Below are positions 49,637-58,821 of a DNA stretch of 64,000 nt, in pieces (the first letter of the stretch is position 1; every line of letters begins with the position of its first letter). Origin of the DNA: Promethearchaeota archaeon (GTDB lineage: Archaea; Asgardarchaeota; Lokiarchaeia; Sigyniarchaeales; SOKP01); the NCBI GenBank assembly GCA_016839555.1, contig JAEOUA010000001.1, positions 224,001-288,000 on the forward strand, written 5' to 3'. The translations under genes were made by a program, and so were the position numbers. The notes below the pieces were generated by a model. That model ran no database searches and was not told the DNA's origin. It saw only the letters and a program-made list of their open reading frames with translations.

Positions 49637-50674
49637 TTGAAAAAGATCGCAATTATAGACGCTTGTGTGGATACGCCCGAAGAAATCATACTTGCGGGAG
49701 ACTTAGATGCTTATAGACTTTTTGGAGATCCTTCTATAGCCCCTACTACTGCGGATGAACATGTTCCTGCGTCTCACTGTGTATGGACACGAAATATTTT
49801 AGAGCAAGGATTAAGGGGCCTACCTAATGATATTGTAGGCTTGGTATCAACGCATGGATGTGACTGTACAAATCGTCAATTTGATATCTGGTTAGATACC
49901 GTTGATTTAGATTTTATGTATTTTTTGAATTCTCCATTGAAAAGAGACCAAACAGCGAAAGACTTTTTTATTCAAGATATGAAAGAGTTAATCAGACAAT
50001 TAGAAGACCATTTTAATATTGAAATTACTGACCAAAAATTAAGAGAACAAATTGTATTAATGAATAAAATTCGCAGAAAACTCAAAGAACTCTCCGAATA
50101 TAGAACTAAAATGATGTTGAAATTCTCAGAATTACATCAATTAATAAAATCGACCTTGACGACCGATAAAACTCACGCTTTACAAATGTTGAATGAAAAA
50201 TTAGAGGAGCTAAAAACCAGGGAATCATTTTCGGATGAAAGTTTAAAGCATGTATTATTAACGGGATCCGTAATTGATGATAATTCATTCGTAAAAAATA
50301 TTGAAAATGCCGGCTTTCATATTGTTATAGATGATATGTGTATAGGAACGCATTATTTTTGGAATACAATGGATGAATCGGGCGATCCTCTGGAAGCGAT
50401 CGCGAACTATCATTTTGAAAAACCCATTTATTCTACAAAAGTTCCCTCTCATCAAAGGTTTAAGTTCATAGAAAGCCTCATTGATAAATATCAAGTGGAC
50501 GGAGTTATCAATATCGCGCAGAAATTTTGTGAATCAATTCTCTATGATCATCCTTTCCTGAGCGATAAATTTAGACAGAATAAGATGCCATATCTATTTG
50601 TAGAAAAAGAATATAATCGGGAAGCATACAAACAACTCTCAACCAGGTTTGATGCGTTTGCCGAAATAATTTAA
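49637..50674 (+). CDS. 2-hydroxyacyl-CoA dehydratase/BcrC-like subunit (HgdB-type)
   Basis: PEEII.AG, SHCVW, HGCDC, DDMCIG, DGVI..QKFCE, TRFDAF. Confidence 0.85.
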   Translation: MKKIAIIDACVDTPEEIILAGDLDAYRLFGDPSIAPTTADEHVPASHCVWTRNILEQGLRGLPNDIVGLVSTHGCDCTNRQFDIWLDTVDLDFMYFLNSPLKRDQTAKDFFIQDMKELIRQLEDHFNIEITDQKLREQIVLMNKIRRKLKELSEYRTKMMLKFSELHQLIKSTLTTDKTHALQMLNEKLEELKTRESFSDESLKHVLLTGSVIDDNSFVKNIENAGFHIVIDDMCIGTHYFWNTMDESGDPLEAIANYHFEKPIYSTKVPSHQRFKFIESLIDKYQVDGVINIAQKFCESILYDHPFLSDKFRQNKMPYLFVEKEYNREAYKQLSTRFDAFAEII

Positions 50675-50684
50675 GTGGTGAAAT

Positions 50685-51944
50685 ATGACAACTCAAGAAG
50701 AACCAATACGACGAAAAGTATTGGATGCAACAATGGGCTTGAAAAATATTATGGGCCGTCACTATCTTGCTGTTGAGCAAGCTTATAGAGATGGTAAGCC
50801 AACTGCATGGGCAACCTCTGGGACTCCTGTAGAACTTTTATATGCGATGGATGTACAACCCATGTTGCCAGAAAATTCGGCGACAATTTCAGCTGCCCAA
50901 CATTTTTCTAAAGATTTCATTGAAACAGCTGAAGAGCAAGGATTTTCCTATGATTTATGCTCGTATTTTAAAACCAATATTGGAGCTGTTGCAAACAAGG
51001 CTGATATGTTAAAGGGAGGTACCAGAAAACCTACTTTTATGCTTTCGAGTGATGTGATCTGTGATACTCACGTTGATTGGTTTCAAACGCAAGCGGAACG
51101 TATGAATGTTCCTCATTTTATTATTGATGTACCGCATATAGTTAGTAATACAAATCAGAGACAATACGAGTATTACAAAAAATATGTCAGCAAGCAACTT
51201 TGGGAATTTATGGAGTTTGTAGAAGAAATCACGGGGCATGAAATAAATATGGAGAAAGCAAAAGAAGTGGCTAAAAACTCTTATGAATTAGGAATTCTCT
51301 GGCAAGATATCTTTGAACTTAGAAAGAATATCCCGTGTCCCGTCTCTACACGAGATACATTTGGGGGTCTTTTTCCCCTCTTTACAATGACCGGACTTAA
51401 AGCCCCAATCCGCCTTTATAAACGAATGTATAAAGAAGCTAAAGATAGAGTAGAGAATGGAATTGGTGCGTTGAGAGAGGAGAAATTTCGGCTTGCCTTC
51501 GAAGGAATCCCTTTCTGGTATAATCTAAAATTCTTTTCCAAATTGGAGCAATGGGGAGCCATAATAGTATATGAAACTTATACTTATGCGTTCAGCAAAT
51601 ATGTGAATCCCAATATTACAAGAGACATGGTACTGAATCAACCTATTGAAGCAATGTCAGAATTAATGCTTAAATTTTGGTATATTTATGATTTACAAAC
51701 AAGAATAAAAAAATATAAGGAAATGGTTGATGATTGGAAAGTAGATGGGGTTTTGCTCCATAATAATATGTCATGTCGACCAAATTCATGTGGACTTTAT
51801 GATTTAAAACGCCACTTACAAGAGGATTATGATATCCCATGCTTAATAATAGATTGTGATATGAATGATCCCAGAAAAATGAATGAGACGCAAATTGAAA
51901 ATAAATTATCCAGCTTTTTCGAAATTTTGGAAGAACGAAAATAA
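50685..51944 (+). CDS. 2-hydroxyacyl-CoA dehydratase/BcrB-like subunit (HgdA-type)
   Basis: PVELLYAMD, PEN, DLCSY, ICD, DGVLLH..SCRP, DCDMNDPR. Confidence 0.88.
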   Translation: MTTQEEPIRRKVLDATMGLKNIMGRHYLAVEQAYRDGKPTAWATSGTPVELLYAMDVQPMLPENSATISAAQHFSKDFIETAEEQGFSYDLCSYFKTNIGAVANKADMLKGGTRKPTFMLSSDVICDTHVDWFQTQAERMNVPHFIIDVPHIVSNTNQRQYEYYKKYVSKQLWEFMEFVEEITGHEINMEKAKEVAKNSYELGILWQDIFELRKNIPCPVSTRDTFGGLFPLFTMTGLKAPIRLYKRMYKEAKDRVENGIGALREEKFRLAFEGIPFWYNLKFFSKLEQWGAIIVYETYTYAFSKYVNPNITRDMVLNQPIEAMSELMLKFWYIYDLQTRIKKYKEMVDDWKVDGVLLHNNMSCRPNSCGLYDLKRHLQEDYDIPCLIIDCDMNDPRKMNETQIENKLSSFFEILEERK

Positions 51945-52103
51945 TTTACTTTTTTCTTAAAATAATATTTTTTCTTCTTCTTACTTAATATCTTATCTAT
52001 TTTTTATAATTTTGATTAAGACTAATTTTTGAATAAGATTTACTAAGATAAAAAAATGAAATTTATGAGATAATTTATAAAAATCTCAGAACCTATATTA
52101 TCT

Positions 52104-52556
52104 TTATATCAAAATATTCTTTCTATTACTATTCAAGGTTTTAATAAATGTATTTATCTCAGAATTGAAATCTTCCCATATTGTTGGTAAATTTTCTGCG
52201 AGTGGAATTAATTTTTCTTTTTCTAATTTAACGCCATAACCATGAGTAAAAAAGTGGCGAAATGCGAGATATTCATTTAATTTATTTGAGAGTTCTTTAC
52301 TAATTATATTTTTATCAACGGATAAATCTAATAAATCTTTATGCCAAGATTTTGAGGAAGGAATAGATATCCCTTTAAATTTTAAAATTCTTTTAAGAGA
52401 ATTTTCTATACCACTATATGTATTTTGGAGAAATGTAGCGATAGCTGCTAATTCTATGATGGTCATTTCCCTCCGTTTCATTGCTTCTTCTAAAGCATCA
52501 AGAGTTGTTTCCATTTGCTCTTTTTCAGCTTCTATTTCATTGATAAATCTATCCAT
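52104..52556 (-). CDS. HEPN-domain RNase toxin (HepT-like)
   Basis: Rx4H motif FRHFFTHGY; SWHKDLL; overlaps the upstream MNT gene. Confidence 0.88.
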   Translation of the reverse strand: MDRFINEIEAEKEQMETTLDALEEAMKRREMTIIELAAIATFLQNTYSGIENSLKRILKFKGISIPSSKSWHKDLLDLSVDKNIISKELSNKLNEYLAFRHFFTHGYGVKLEKEKLIPLAENLPTIWEDFNSEINTFIKTLNSNRKNILI

Positions 52557-52815
52557 AAATTTTGATACTATTTTCTTTAATTAATTCATTAAATAAGGAT
52601 TTATGTGATAAATCGATAAGATCTACAGGTTTTGGAAGATTTCTTATTAATTCCCCATAAAATTTAAAAAAAGAACTTGGTTTAATACCTTTCACAGCAA
52701 GATCTATATCGTTATAATCATGTTGATTTAAGGCAGACCCAAATAAATAAACTGAAGAAACGGAATATTTTTTCGCATAATGGATAATAATTTCTTTTTC
52801 GGTTTCACTTATCAT
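52549..52815 (-). CDS. Minimal nucleotidyltransferase (MNT) antitoxin
   Basis: YLFGS...NDIDLAV, VDLID. Confidence 0.9.
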   Translation of the reverse strand: MISETEKEIIIHYAKKYSVSSVYLFGSALNQHDYNDIDLAVKGIKPSSFFKFYGELIRNLPKPVDLIDLSHKSLFNELIKENSIKIYG

Positions 52816-53008
52816 ATTAGAAGAATTCTTTGTTGAAATTTAAAATCATGATAATAGAAATTTCTAATCTTATAAATAAATGATATATTTCTTAAAAAAA
52901 TCTTTATCTCTTTTTAATGAATCATTTTTTTTTAAATTCCGACCAATTTTCAAGTTTGTTTACTAATTCATCATTATCAAATTCTAAAGTATCAAAAAAT
53001 TTTTAATT

Positions 53009-53121
53009 AAAGAAATGGTTAATGAGTGGAATGTGATATGAACGATCCTCGAAAGATGAATGAAACGCAAATAGAAAATAAATTGAGTAGCTTTTTTGAG
53101 ATATTAAAACAGCGAAAATAA
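53009..53121 (+). pseudogene. Dead copy of the 3' end of the 50685..51944 gene, with an internal deletion
   Basis: 53032-53121 aligns to 51855-51944 (offset 1177; 17/90 nt differ; 27/29 aa identical: CDMNDPRKMNETQIENKLSSFFEILKQRK*); 53009-53035 encodes KEMVNEWNV, matching KEMVDDWKV at 51717-51743. Confidence 0.9.
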
Positions 53122-53125
53122 TGAG

Positions 53126-53566
53126 TTAAAATAGTTCTTTCATCATCTTTTCAATTATCTCATTAAATGGCTCAAATTGGGATACTTCAGCATAACTTTT
53201 ATGATGATATTGAGATTTAAATTCCATAAGAATCTTTTCTAAAAAAGGCTTTATCTCTTTTTCAGTTATTTTATCAAAACCCTTTTTTTTATCTAAAATC
53301 AAGTAAGCATAAATATCTAATTCTAAATTTTGCTTATTGATAATTTTACTTTTATTAAACATAATAAACTTGGTTCCACTTTCAAAATATTCTACTAATG
53401 AATCAAATTTTTCTGCAAAAGCTAAGATACTCGATATATATGCAGATTTTGAAATATTATTTTTATCTCGAAGCTCTTCAGTAAGATTTTTATCAGAGAT
53501 CTCCTCAAAACTCCTGCAAATTACCGGAATGCCTCCAATTATGATTCCTATTTCACTGATTTTCAT
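53126..53566 (-). CDS. Longin/roadblock-like protein
   Basis: Beta-hairpin IGIIIGGIPVICRSF, helix SAYISSILAFAEK, strands VEYFE/FIMF/YAYLIL, C-terminal helices ILMEFKSQY...SQFEPF. Confidence 0.55.
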   Translation of the reverse strand: MKISEIGIIIGGIPVICRSFEEISDKNLTEELRDKNNISKSAYISSILAFAEKFDSLVEYFESGTKFIMFNKSKIINKQNLELDIYAYLILDKKKGFDKITEKEIKPFLEKILMEFKSQYHHKSYAEVSQFEPFNEIIEKMMKELF

Positions 53567-53798
53567 TTTAAAAATTCGATTCCTAATTATAAATAGAATA
53601 ATATAACATTTTATTTATTTATCTTTTGAAAAAAATACATTCCATTTTTGAATAAAGGTAAAAATTATCAAAATAAATAATTCAATTAAAAAATTTTGAT
53701 TAAAAGTGGTTTTTTAGACAGTTTTTTATAGTTGTAACATAAAGAAACCATTTATTTGAAAGAAAATCTTAAATTTTATGTTTATAGTAATTATCTAA

Positions 53799-54146
53799 TT
53801 AGTTTGAGATCCGAATCTGAGAATTAGGAGTTACAATAAGATAATTTTTCCCTAATCTTCCCATAGAGCCCCCGTATTCACTAATAAATGCTTTTATTTC
53901 ATCAATTACTTCTTTAAACTCCAAAATCTTGATATTTCCGCCTTTTAAAATTTTATTAACATTTATTATCAATATTTTCCGGCTCCTCAAATGATTTTTG
54001 ATATCATTGATTTGTTCTAAAGACCTTAATTCATATTTTTTAATAAAAAAGTCTTTCATGACTGAATCAAATTCGCTTGAAAACCCAAGTGTCTTTTTGG
54101 GAGACTCTAATAATTCTTCATCGTCTTTTTTCCCAAATAATTTCAT
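53799..54146 (-). CDS. sepF: Archaeal-type SepF cell-division protein
   Basis: ELRSLEQINDIKNHL..KILIINV...VIDEIK...GGSMGRLGKNYLIVTP. Confidence 0.8.
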   Translation of the reverse strand: MKLFGKKDDEELLESPKKTLGFSSEFDSVMKDFFIKKYELRSLEQINDIKNHLRSRKILIINVNKILKGGNIKILEFKEVIDEIKAFISEYGGSMGRLGKNYLIVTPNSQIRISN

Positions 54147-54514
54147 GATTATTTAATCTAAAAATATTGTAATTTTATGTGCTAATATTTTAACTATTTC
54201 GATTTTATTTAAATTATCATTATATTTGGATGATACATTAATAATATGTCTGTATTATTCGACTACTACCATTTTCTTTTTAATCAAGCACGTTTTATTT
54301 TAATTCTGGAATAAGCCTTTTATTCAAATATACTCTTTTTGCTATTATTCTTTCTCCGATTAATACAGATTTTATGAATTATTACTTCTAAATTATAAAT
54401 AGCTTGAAACATAATTATTTAATATCAATAATCATATTAAAAATAATAAAATTAATTAGAAAAAAATTGATTAGAGAAAAATAGATAAAAATAAAATAGG
54501 TAAAAGATTACAAT

Positions 54515-54976
54515 ATGAGCGAAAAAATTGTAGAAAAAACGAGGGGCCTAGTTAAAGCAGATTTCAGCTTTTGGGTTGGACTCTTCATGGATAAATTCTA
54601 TGAAGGTTTTGAGCAAAAAAAGATATTAGCCAATAAATGTCATAAATGTGGCATGGTTTTTGTCCCACCCAGAAAAATCTGTGGTAAATGTAGAGTGAAG
54701 CTTCCCCTAGATGAAAATTGGATGGAATTAGGCGATAAAGGAACTTTAATTAATTATACACGGACACCCTATAAGGTCACAGATAGAAGAGGAAGAAAAG
54801 CAAGGAGCTTAAATGATATTGGAATGGTGAAAATTGATGGAAGTGATACTGCAATAATATATCCTCTACTTGATTTCGAAAAGGATGAAATAAAGATCGG
54901 TATGGAAGTGAAGATTAAATGGATAGACGAACCAAAAGGCGGACCTTCGGATATAGAAGGGTTCGTAAAGGTGTGA
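54515..54976 (+). CDS. DUF35 Zn-ribbon/OB-fold acyl-CoA-binding protein
   Basis: ANKCHKCG.VFVPPR..CGKC, GTLINYT, IKIGMEV. Confidence 0.9.
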   Translation: MSEKIVEKTRGLVKADFSFWVGLFMDKFYEGFEQKKILANKCHKCGMVFVPPRKICGKCRVKLPLDENWMELGDKGTLINYTRTPYKVTDRRGRKARSLNDIGMVKIDGSDTAIIYPLLDFEKDEIKIGMEVKIKWIDEPKGGPSDIEGFVKV

Positions 54977-54991
54977 GGTGGTGGGAAAAAA

Positions 54992-56134
54992 ATGGATAAA
55001 GTAGGAATAGTAGGATATAATCAAGTAAAATTGTATACAAATGCGAATTATGGGCGTTATGAGATGATTTTTGAAGCCGTAAGGGGCGCTATTGATAGTG
55101 CTGGATTAAAGAAAAAAGATATTTCGACGGTTGTTTCAGCCACGAATGATTATTACGACGGAAGGACCATCTCAAACTGTTTTACAGTAGAGGTTGGAGG
55201 AGCATATTTGGCTGATGAGAGTAAAGTGGAAATGGACGGAGCACATGCCATGTTATATGGATTACTGAGAGTTTTATCGGGTAATCATAAACTGGCTGTT
55301 GTATGGGGTGGAAGTATGCCTTCGTGTTATCCATATCATTCTGCAAGGTTATATGAAACAGATCCCACGTGGGAAAGACCAAATGGCTATGTGAACGATA
55401 TAACCGCGAGCGGCTTTCAAATGAGAGCCTATATGGATAAATATGGGATAAGCCGAGAGGATATTGCGAAGGTTGCCGTAAAAAATAGACGAAATGCAGC
55501 TAAAAACCCACTTGCTGTAGAAGAATCACAGAATCCTAACATTACTGTTTCGGAAGTCTTGGAGTCGGATATATATGCCGATCCAGTGACTGAATTAATG
55601 GCTGCCCCTCCTTGTGATGGAGTTGCGGCTCTTTTATTGGCACCAGAAAAGCAAGCGTTAAAGATTACTGATAAACCCGTTTGGATAAAGGGAGTAGGAT
55701 GGAATCAAGAAACATATTATCTTGGAGAGCGAGACCTCTCGACTAGTAATTCTATGGAGAAAGCCGCTAAAATGGCATATGATATGGCAGGAATCAATGA
55801 TCCAAGAAATCAGATTGATTTGGCGGAATTATCTGAATTGTATGCCCACGAAGAATTGATCTTCACTGAAGCATTAGGATTAACTGAGAAAGGGAAAGGC
55901 TCAGAATTGAATACTGAAATCGGCGGAGAATTCCCAATTAATGCTTCTGGTGGAGCTTTAGGAGGAGATGCCCCTTGTGCGACTGGATTGATTAGAATCA
56001 TAGAGGCAGTGAAGCAAATAAGAGGAGAAGCTGGGCAGCATCAAATTAATAATGTGAACCGCGCAATCGCCACAGGGCAAATTGGAATGTGTGCCCAAAA
56101 TAATATAGTATACATATTGGAGAGTGGTGCATAA
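54992..56134 (+). CDS. SCP2-thiolase-superfamily protein, Ltp4-like
   Basis: DYYDGR, ESKVEMDG in place of the thiolase Cys, CDGVAA, AEL, INASGG, ATGL. Confidence 0.82.
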   Translation: MDKVGIVGYNQVKLYTNANYGRYEMIFEAVRGAIDSAGLKKKDISTVVSATNDYYDGRTISNCFTVEVGGAYLADESKVEMDGAHAMLYGLLRVLSGNHKLAVVWGGSMPSCYPYHSARLYETDPTWERPNGYVNDITASGFQMRAYMDKYGISREDIAKVAVKNRRNAAKNPLAVEESQNPNITVSEVLESDIYADPVTELMAAPPCDGVAALLLAPEKQALKITDKPVWIKGVGWNQETYYLGERDLSTSNSMEKAAKMAYDMAGINDPRNQIDLAELSELYAHEELIFTEALGLTEKGKGSELNTEIGGEFPINASGGALGGDAPCATGLIRIIEAVKQIRGEAGQHQINNVNRAIATGQIGMCAQNNIVYILESGA

Positions 56135-56135
56135 A

Positions 56136-57383
56136 ATGGGAAGACAAGTAGCTATTGCTTCTGCTGGTTTTTCTGAGCATGCCTCAAAACGTTCTGATGT
56201 AAGCATGCCGGAATTAGTTAACGAAGCCATAGAAGATTGTTTAGCAAAAGTTCCAAGTGTAGAATTAAGTGATATAGACGCGTTCGTGAATGGAAACATG
56301 CCAGCATTCGAAGGCTCAAATATCCCCGAATTATGGATGACTGACTGGTTGGGAGCGAGAGATAAACCCTTAATGCGAGTTACTACGGGAGGAACGACAG
56401 GTGGTTCTGTTGCTATTTCGGGATATTATACAGTAACTGCTGAGCTTCCTGGAATAGACACGGTATTGGCAGTTGCATTCGAACACCAGAGCCAAGGAGA
56501 CACGAGCGTAGGACTTGCAAGTGTTGCGTATGGAGAAATATCCATTCTTAATAGTTTGGGTGTCCCTTATGATCAATTAAACCGATTATTATCTGCGGGA
56601 GCAGCAATAGGAGTTGCTGCCTATCAAGCAACTACATATATGAACAAATGTAAAATAACTGAAGAAGATCTAGCAAGAGTGGTAGTTCAAAATCGGAGAA
56701 ATGCTGCTAAGACATGGTGGGCACACTTAAAGATGCCCAATCTCACGATTGAAGATGTTTTGGATACACCGTATGTACAATATCCTTTACGTTATGGAAT
56801 GGTTTGTCCTGCTTCCGATGGAGCTGTTGCTATGCTTTTCACGACTGAAGAAAAGGCAAAAGATATGTGCGATATTCCAGTATATGTAAATGGAGTGGCA
56901 AGTGTAGCTAATGAGACTGCTGTATTAGGATATGATGGAGGTGGTTCGGCACAACTCGATCCTTCTGCACAAATAGGTGCTATGAAATCAGCAGAATTAG
57001 CCTATAGTCAAGCGGGAATCTCATTACCCAGGAAAGAAATTGATTATGCTGAGGTTTATGCTCCATTCCCGAATCAAGAACTTATGTGGGTGGAGAAATT
57101 AGGGTTATTCGAAGAAACAACTGCTCCTGAAATGTATAAAACTGGGGTTACCGCACGAGAAGGAGAACTTCCGGTCAATTGCTCTGGTGGCGTAAACTCT
57201 ACCAATGCTATTGGAGCATCTGCGATGGAAAGACCTGCAGTATCGGCACTTCAAATAATGGGAAAAGCAGGCAATCAAGTTCCTAAAACTGTTCATACCT
57301 CTATAGGGAGTGGTTGGGGTGGAAGTTTAAATTTTATAACTCTAATGGCGATGTCCGATGAACCTCAGAGGAAATGGAAATAA
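56136..57383 (+). CDS. SCP2-thiolase-superfamily protein, Ltp3-like
   Basis: KRSDVSMPELV, FEG..PELW, KPLMRVTTGGTTGGS, CPASDGA, AEVYAPF, VNCSGG..STNAIGAS. Confidence 0.82.
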   Translation: MGRQVAIASAGFSEHASKRSDVSMPELVNEAIEDCLAKVPSVELSDIDAFVNGNMPAFEGSNIPELWMTDWLGARDKPLMRVTTGGTTGGSVAISGYYTVTAELPGIDTVLAVAFEHQSQGDTSVGLASVAYGEISILNSLGVPYDQLNRLLSAGAAIGVAAYQATTYMNKCKITEEDLARVVVQNRRNAAKTWWAHLKMPNLTIEDVLDTPYVQYPLRYGMVCPASDGAVAMLFTTEEKAKDMCDIPVYVNGVASVANETAVLGYDGGGSAQLDPSAQIGAMKSAELAYSQAGISLPRKEIDYAEVYAPFPNQELMWVEKLGLFEETTAPEMYKTGVTAREGELPVNCSGGVNSTNAIGASAMERPAVSALQIMGKAGNQVPKTVHTSIGSGWGGSLNFITLMAMSDEPQRKWK

Positions 57384-57401
57384 AAAAAAGGAGGAAAAAA
57401 A

Positions 57402-57926
57402 ATGTCAAAACAAACTCAAAGAAAATCTATGGAATATGTAAAGAAGGAATATAAAAGAACAAGAACAACGCCCGCAAGCTGGTATTTATCCAGTTATGAT
57501 TATAAATACAATATTACTCACATGCAACCTTTTCTAAGAAAGTTGAAAGAGAAAAAACTTGTTGCAAATAAATGTTCTGGTTGCAATCGAGTCTTTTATC
57601 CCCCTCGCTTAGTATGTGGAGAGTGTCTCGTCAAACCAGATCGATGGGTTGATATTAGAGATACCGCGTCTGTAGCTACCTATGCAATTGCATATTTAAA
57701 GGATGAGCATGGAGGGGTCGAAGAAAAACCTATGGTGTTGGTTCACCATGATGGAAGTGACACCTCTTCAATAGCCATGTTAGCTCCAGGGGTTAATGTT
57801 AAAGATACTTATATTGGTATGCCAATAAAAGCCCATTGGAAAGAGAATCCCGAAGGGGGATTAATGGATATTGAATATTATGATAAAGTGGAAGACGACG
57901 CAGAGGATATTGATATAAAAGAGTAA
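57402..57926 (+). CDS. DUF35 Zn-ribbon/OB-fold acyl-CoA-binding protein
   Basis: ANKCSGC.RVFYPPR..CGEC, IGMP; GGAGG RBS. Confidence 0.9.
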   Translation: MSKQTQRKSMEYVKKEYKRTRTTPASWYLSSYDYKYNITHMQPFLRKLKEKKLVANKCSGCNRVFYPPRLVCGECLVKPDRWVDIRDTASVATYAIAYLKDEHGGVEEKPMVLVHHDGSDTSSIAMLAPGVNVKDTYIGMPIKAHWKENPEGGLMDIEYYDKVEDDAEDIDIKE

Positions 57927-58070
57927 TTTAAATTTTAATATTTTACTTTTTTTCTTTAAATTCTTTTTTTTTGTTTTATCACTCTTTCATTATCCCATTT
58001 ATGGAACAAAATGTATTAATTTTAATAAAAAATTAAAGAATTTTTTTTTAATCTTACTATTTATGAATAT

Positions 58071-58604
58071 ATGGAAAAAAAATCGCTTGATTTTATCGAA
58101 TTTATAACCTCTCGTAAAAGTACGAGAAATTTTATTTTCGAAGAAATAAAAAAGGAGACTCTTGAAAATATCTTGGAGTGCGGGCGGTGGGCTCCCTCGG
58201 GGCTTAACAATCAGCCATGGCGCGTATGTGTAGCAGAACATCCCTTATTAAAAAAGATGCTGGCGGACACTACAGAATATGGAGGGATCCTTGAAAGTGC
58301 CTATTATAATCTTGTAATATTTCTTGAATTAGATAAAACCTATAATCGTGTAAAAGATCTTCAAGCAATTGGAGCTTTTATGGAAAATATTTTATTAGGT
58401 GCACATGCACTGGGACTAGGTGCCGTATGGATTGGAGAAATCCTAAATAATAAGGAAAAGGTAAATGAAATCTTTAAATTGAGTGCAGATAAATATGAAC
58501 TAATGGGTGTTATCGCCTTAGGAAAAATTGACAAGCAAATGGAAGCAAAAAAAGAAAAGGAAAGAACGAGAAGATTTCTTGATGATTTTGTTGAGTGGTA
58601 TTAA
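58071..58604 (+). CDS. Nitroreductase family protein
   Basis: SRKSTR, WAPSGLNNQPW, AHALGLGAVWIG. Confidence 0.92.
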   Translation: MEKKSLDFIEFITSRKSTRNFIFEEIKKETLENILECGRWAPSGLNNQPWRVCVAEHPLLKKMLADTTEYGGILESAYYNLVIFLELDKTYNRVKDLQAIGAFMENILLGAHALGLGAVWIGEILNNKEKVNEIFKLSADKYELMGVIALGKIDKQMEAKKEKERTRRFLDDFVEWY

Positions 58605-58821
58605 AATAAAAGTTGATTTTTATATTTAACCTATTATTTCTCCATTATCTAAAATATATTGTAAATTCTTATTCAAATTAAGCATTAAAAAAAAATATAA
58701 TTAAAATGAAAAATCCCATAACCCTATATTGATTTGCAATCATACAATCTTATATAGTTAATTATATTTACACAACCAATATAAGAATATATTAAAAAAA
58801 GAATAACGAAAAGTTTATACT

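Noticed and set aside
26521-53121. The two repeat pairs as DGR template/variable repeats
   Set aside because: Mismatches are not adenine-specific (mostly synonymous third positions in the second pair), and there is no reverse transcriptase in the window.
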